DNA of 64,000 nt, taken from NCBI GenBank assembly GCA_043228905.1, contig JBHGNT010000009.1:12834001-12898000 (forward strand), given 5' to 3'. The position numbers were made by a program, and so were the translations under genes. The notes below the pieces were generated by a model. It worked only from the letters and a program-made list of their open reading frames with translations, was not told the DNA's origin and made no database searches. Positions 58,945 to 64,000 of this stretch are shown here, one piece after another; position 1 is the first letter of the stretch; each line of letters opens with the position of its first letter. This DNA is from Azolla caroliniana. Its lineage: Eukaryota; Plantae; Polypodiophyta.

Positions 58945-61764
58945 ATGGACTGCCAAGCACTCTTTGAAGCAGCCAAGAAGTAGCTAAGGCAACACGGGTT
59001 AGAAGGTTTCCTCACAATCATGGAGTCTCCACCGCACTGGGAGGCGGAGAAGATAGTAAAGGAGATCGACACGAAACTGATCACGAAGGAGGCCATCCAT
59101 GCTTTGATTGGCCTTCCGGAAGGGGGCATCTTCACTATCGACAACCCTACCCCGGAGCAACTCCGAAAATATTTTGGGGAATACTCTCTGGCTAGCAAGG
59201 CCTACCGGACACAGGGCGGCGAAGATCCACTCTTTCGAGAGATTGCCTGTGTGCTCCATGAATTTGGACATGTATACCCTCGACCCCCATGCATGCCTCA
59301 GAACCGGGCCGTCTTAATCATAGCAACATATGAAGGCGTGAAGGTGGACTGGCCAGTACTTATTGCGGATGGGCTCTGTGCGGCCATCGACTCTGTCAGA
59401 GGCAAGGAGGGTCGGAAGATATGGACGACAGTGGCGCAATGGCTCACCCTATTGGCGCCACCTATCGAGCCCGTCAAAACCACGAAGCGGGGAAGAACAA
59501 CCAAAGTCACCCCAAAAACAGCCTCGAAATGGCAGCAGTTGTTGGCCTCTAAGGCAACCAAAGGAAAGGCGGCCGACACGGACCAGGCGGCAAAGGAGCG
59601 CGCCAATAGGAAGCGGCACGCGGAAACGTAGGAGGAGCCACCGGCATGGACAATCAAGATCAGGCTTCACCGACTGGTTCAACAAGCGCCAGACCCCTTG
59701 GCGGCGAAAATCAACATCGGGAATCACGAGCAGGAAGCGGAGGAGGAACCGTTAGAGCACCTCCAACGGCGCCAGAAGGCAAGCCCCTCCGAACAGGCCG
59801 GGGAGCATTCAGACCCAAAGAATGATGGAACGCCTCTACCCCGCACTAATCATCCCGCACCAAAGGTGGAACCGGAATCGGTTCGGACAGAACTGGTCAC
59901 AGAGCTCCCTGCACGACAAACTATACCGGCAGGTCAGGATACAGCAAGACCCGAAATGCAAGTGCCAGAAGTACAATTGCCTACCCCACCGGCAGGTCAA
60001 GAGCAATCAGAGGCGGAGCGCCCAACGGAGCGGCAACCAGAACCAGAGACAAAGTTGCAGCTCGACAGAACCGGACAATACCGACCACTGGCCAGCGACA
60101 CCAACGGCCAACCCTCCGGGCAGATGCAACAACAGGGCACCGACAACTAATGGCTCCGGTGGATTGGAGAACAGATTGTCGGAGTAGTGCACTACATAGA
60201 GGCGGAAGAGAAAGCGCAGATTGACCGGTTGCTCGTCACACCCGAAGAACTAGAGAGGGCCCGGTCAAGGATCCGGAGCTTAGAACAAGACTTGGACCTG
60301 GCCACAAAAGAATTGGCCAAAATGGCCCTAACCGGACCACCGATCCAAGCACCGGTGACTCCGGTAGATGTATAGAATAAAGAAACACCGATATCTGTAC
60401 ATAGCAATAAGACCCCGGAGATGAAACCAGTCCAGGAGATAGTGGCGGCGCAAGCAAAAGAGCTTGCTGAACTGGGAGATGAACTGGCCACACAAGAAGC
60501 ATTACGCACCCATGAGCGGGACTTGAAGAAAGTGACAGAAGAAGAGCAAATAAAGACTGCTGAGAACCTCCGTTGGGCACAAGAGAATCTGCAGAAAGGA
60601 CACCAGGCATATGACCGGCTGAAGGAGGAGAAAGAGAAGGCGCTGCTAGAAAAGGAGAAGCTGCGACGGATGGCGGAAACAAAGATCGAAAGACTGAAAG
60701 AAGAACTCCGTCAATAGAAGGATCGGGAAGACCGCAGTCGTCAACAACTCAACCAAAAGCTAAAGCAGAAGACCAATGATTTTGAGCACCTGCATCGGGA
60801 CTACAAGCACCTAGATATGGAGCGTAAGAAACAGTAGGAGAAGATGGCAGAGCTCCGGCAGGAGGTACATCGAGCTGAGACGGCGCTAGCGGAGGAACGG
60901 GCTGAAAGAACCACGCTGCTGGAGGAAGCTGCGCAAGAACATATGGAGCTCCATAAGCAGCATTATGAAGAGAAGGAAAGAGCGACAATGGTGTTGCAGA
61001 GATTGCAGAACACCTATCAAAACCAATTGTCACATTACCGGGAGCAGGAGGTGGATACGGTGGCACTAATCAAGCAATTGAAGGACGAATGGCAAGCTGC
61101 GAAGGACAAATCGAAGATGGGATTGGAGCGGATCCAGTTCATTGTCCAGGCATGGAGGAACAAGACCAAACACTTGATTGACGAATGCTCCGCGCAATGG
61201 TGGGACAAATGGGCAAAGCACACAGCCGAGCTCCAGTTGCTAAGGGCGGATGTGGAAAACCGGCAGAAGGATGACGACGACTACTACATGCTAACAAAAG
61301 AGGAGTTCACCGTTGTAAGAGATGAGTTAGCAGAAGATTTTGTAACTCTGGCGGAGGAACAGTCAGTAGTGGTCCGACGACTGGTAGCACAGCTAGACGA
61401 TGATCGACTGGATACTCAAATCCAGTTTGAAAGCTATGAGCGGACCAGGCTACGGAGAGAAGAAGCAAAGCAGGCGGCGACCATCAACCTCAGCGATGAG
61501 GAGCCATCACCGAAGCAAGGACCGGACGGAGACAAGGCCGGGGTGAGTCAATCGGAGTCAAATCCGGCAGTGTAGCTAACGGAGGAATCACCGCCACAAC
61601 CGCTTGTACCGGGAGCCGAATAGATACCATCTAAGGAGCAACAATCGGAGGAGCCGGAGCCACAACAACAACAACAATAGTCGCAGCAACAACAACAACA
61701 GAGTTCCGAACAACCATTGGATACCCTAGATCAGAGTATTCTAGATATCTTGGATGAAGGCTAA
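58945..61764 (+). pseudogene. Extra ORF of element D (about 940 codons, several nonsense mutations)
   Basis: Starts MDCQAL.EAAK like copy A, is colinear with 10407-13390 and ends ILDILDEG*. Confidence 0.82.
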
Positions 61765-61770
61765 GGGCTA

Positions 61771-61815
61771 GATAGTGGGATTCAACGTACAAGGTACTGT
61801 CCCACGAGCGTGCCA
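61771..61815 (+). promoter_or_regulatory. tRNA-Arg 3'-half mimic / inverted PBS in place of the PPT (copy D)
   Basis: GATAGTGGGATTCAAC-GTACAAGGTAC-TGTCCCACGAGCGTGCCA, then TG, then the LTR at 61818, whose boundary is fixed by the paired LTR and TSD. Confidence 0.8.
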
Positions 61816-62574
61816 TGTGTTACCCGGCCGGCAAAGGAGTTAAAGACCAGAATGTGAAAGGGATTGTTATTCGGAATCTATTTTAATTAAGTAGAATAGA
61901 TTATAATTAAGTAGTGAACGGACGGACCAGAATCGGTATGCCGATCTAGATCCGGACCGGTTCCGAACAGGTGCCGGTTGGCACCGTTTTGTACGTAGCA
62001 CCGGTGACCTATATAAAGGCCCGGTTACAATGTAAAACTTTAACGGAGAATTAATATAAGCTTCTTGTTTTATCTTCACGTATTGATTACCGTTCTGTAT
62101 TAATTGTTATATCTTACGCGTGTATTAAGTGAATGCCCTATTGCTAAGTAGCCAATTAAGTCGGATTAATCGTTGTGTCTTAAGTTATCTCGCCGTAACA
62201 CCCCTTTGGTGAAGTGTCTTCCGTAGATACCTTGTGTTAGGCCATTGTGCGGCCCTAAGGATTCACAGAATTCAAGCCATTGAACGTTACAAGAATATAA
62301 GGTATAGAGCATTCACATTTGGAGGCAAAGAACACGAACCAATATCTTAAGAATAAGTCAAAAGTAAAAGTAAGAGACATAGATAAAAGTAAAAAGAGAA
62401 AAAAGCGGGCCATAAAAAATAGTAAAAAAGGAATGGTCATAACTCTTTCGTTTTAAACCCAAATATTCTGTTTAAATATGGGTTAGAAAGCGTGTAAATA
62501 GAGCTATCTATAGCTTTTTAAATCTCTAAATTTGGAGCTGGGATAAGGGAGATATCACGATTAGAAGTTCGATG

Positions 62575-63036
62575 TGTCGTAGCTAAAAATAGGAGATAAA
62601 AAGCTTCTAAAAATAGCGTGAACGAGAAAGAAGAAGAAAATTATAAAAGAGGAAGTGATAATCTTAGAAAAGGGGGTCCTAATAGAGAAGAGGTCCTAAT
62701 AGAGGAGGAGGAGTCTTGGAAGGAGGGATCCTATGAGTGGGGGAGGAGTCTTGGGAAGAGGTGTCTTAGTGGAAGAGGAAGGGTCTTAGTAGTGGGTTTG
62801 AATGATTGGAAGTAAGAAGATCTTTGGTTTTTTAGTTCAATGTGGAGTTTATCTCCTCTGTATGGTCTTGATAATTGAATATTATAACATTCTTATCCCT
62901 TTCTCATCTTCTTTATCTTTTGTGTTAATTTCTTGAGTCTCCCTCTCTAATTCGTAGTTACCTTGGTCGTTATAATCTATTTTAATTCACAACTCTCTCT
63001 AATATGCTTGGTCAAGCCCTCATATTGTGTACGACA
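62575..63036 (+). repeat. LTR-like segment TGTCGTA..TACGACA
   Basis: 7-bp inverted termini of LTR type. No TSD or partner copy found. Confidence 0.4.
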
Positions 63037-63058
63037 ATCCTTTGCCTTATACACCCTA

Positions 63059-63959
63059 TCATTTTGGCACTCCAGGGAGGGTCGATCCTTTTCGTATAGG
63101 AGGGTGTACTTATCCTTTCTTTGTGTTACTATACTACATTAACTAAGCAATGCAGTTCACATTTTTGGGAGAAAGAACACAAGATGCTGGTGCCTTTTCG
63201 ACATCCTTTGAGCATCATGCTGTCTCTATTGGATGCATCGCCGACAATGAAAAGTTTCCCTTGTTGGTAGCTACATGCTATGGTCGAGCTCGTGAATGGT
63301 ATGACTCTCTTCCACCAAATGAACAAGGAGAATATCAATTGTTGGTGCACCAGTTTCATTCCAGATACATTCCATGACGAAGTGCAACGAAAGTAAGGGA
63401 AGAATTTTTTCGACTCAAGATGAAATCACCTTTTGGTTTCATTGAATATGAAATAAATTTCAAGGACTTGTGGATGACATGGATTCGTCTTCGTGGTGGT
63501 ACTGAAGACGAGTGGTTTATGATGGAACGATTCAAGATGGGTCTTGACATGTATTTTCGTTTGGAGGCAAACTTGAAGGATCTACATCTTTTCAAGCTCT
63601 TCTCCAAGTTTGTCAAGGTTATGATCGGCAAGTGAAAATTATGAGTTCCATGGGGTTTCCCCAAATGACGGCTTTAGGTGCAAATTTGATGCCTCGTGCC
63701 AATCTTCAAACCTCATCTTCAATTCTGCATAGTGGACAAGTGTTTCCAAATGTGTATACCACCACAACAATAAACCCAACAAGTATATTTCAAGAAGTGG
63801 AGCAAGGAAAGAGTGAACAAGGTATTATGGCATCTTGTGTTCTTTCTCCCAAAAACGCGAACTGCATTGCTTAGTTAATGTAGTATAGTAACACAAAGAA
63901 AGGATAAGTACTCCCTCCTATACGGAAAGGATCGACCCTCCCTGGAGCGCCAAAAATGA
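63059..63959. mobile_element. Short element with ~130-bp internal inverted repeats (63059-63187 and 63830-63959), each beginning with a PBS, enclosing a gag remnant
   Basis: TCA-TTT-TGGCACTCCAGGGAGGGTCGA.. is mirrored by ..TCGACCCTCCCTGGAGCGCCA-AAAA-TGA, with about 5 substitutions and 1 indel between the arms. Confidence 0.85.
63150..63635 (+). pseudogene. Retrotransposon gag capsid-domain remnant
   Basis: LVATCYGRAREWYDSLP..YQLLVHQFHSRY..EEFFRLKM..EYEINFKDL..MERFKMGL pattern, with one in-frame TGA at 63375-63377. Confidence 0.75.
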
Positions 63960-64000
63960 AAGAATGATGATAGAAAGAAAAGATATATAAATCTAAAACT

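Larger units (their letters stand above)
46249..62267 (+). mobile_element. Full-length non-chromovirus Ty3/gypsy element with 3' extra ORF (element D), TSD GAATT, no PPT
   Basis: 450-bp LTRs 46249-46698 and 61818-62267. GAATT at 46244-46248 and 62268-62272. PBS-like TGGTGACCACGA at 46706. gag-PR-RT-RH-INT order followed by an extra ORF. Confidence 0.95.

Noticed and set aside
46249-62267. Element D is really a minus-strand element whose PBS is the motif at 61799-61815
   Set aside because: gag-pol and the extra ORF are on the plus strand, the LTR TATA box reads on the plus strand, and the other LTR is followed by its own TGG PBS-like sequence rather than a minus-strand PPT.
62273-63036. 5' LTR of the chromovirus
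   Set aside because: It does not align convincingly with the LTR at about 40471-40905; its identity is left unresolved.

Overview
This is a retrotransposon-saturated window from a plant nuclear genome. The element lineages suggest a non-seed plant, but the species cannot be determined from the sequence. About 85-90% is nested LTR retrotransposons: three Ty1/copia elements (one nearly intact, 48723-54004), a Tcn1-like chromovirus relic, two tRNA-Trp-primed gypsy-type elements, several solo LTRs, and a non-chromovirus gypsy family carrying a long coiled-coil extra ORF. There is also an almost intact two-ORF LINE. The only host gene is a 3-exon F-box protein fused to an XPA-like Cys4 zinc finger/DNA-binding domain. 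The most striking signal is at four 3' LTR boundaries (13445, 15236, 17250, 61818), which have no polypurine tract. Instead each is preceded by a conserved, structured copy of a tRNA-Arg(UCU) 3' half ending CCA-NN-TG, that is, a second, inverted primer-binding site. A separate element at 63059-63959 shows the same mirror-image PBS logic inside about 130-bp internal inverted repeats. Together these suggest LTR elements that prime both cDNA strands with tRNA or a tRNA mimic. Three LTR insertions with TGTCG...CGACA ends all hit ACGCGY with a 4-bp TSD. All tRNA and protein-family assignments are from recalled consensus sequences and were not searched.
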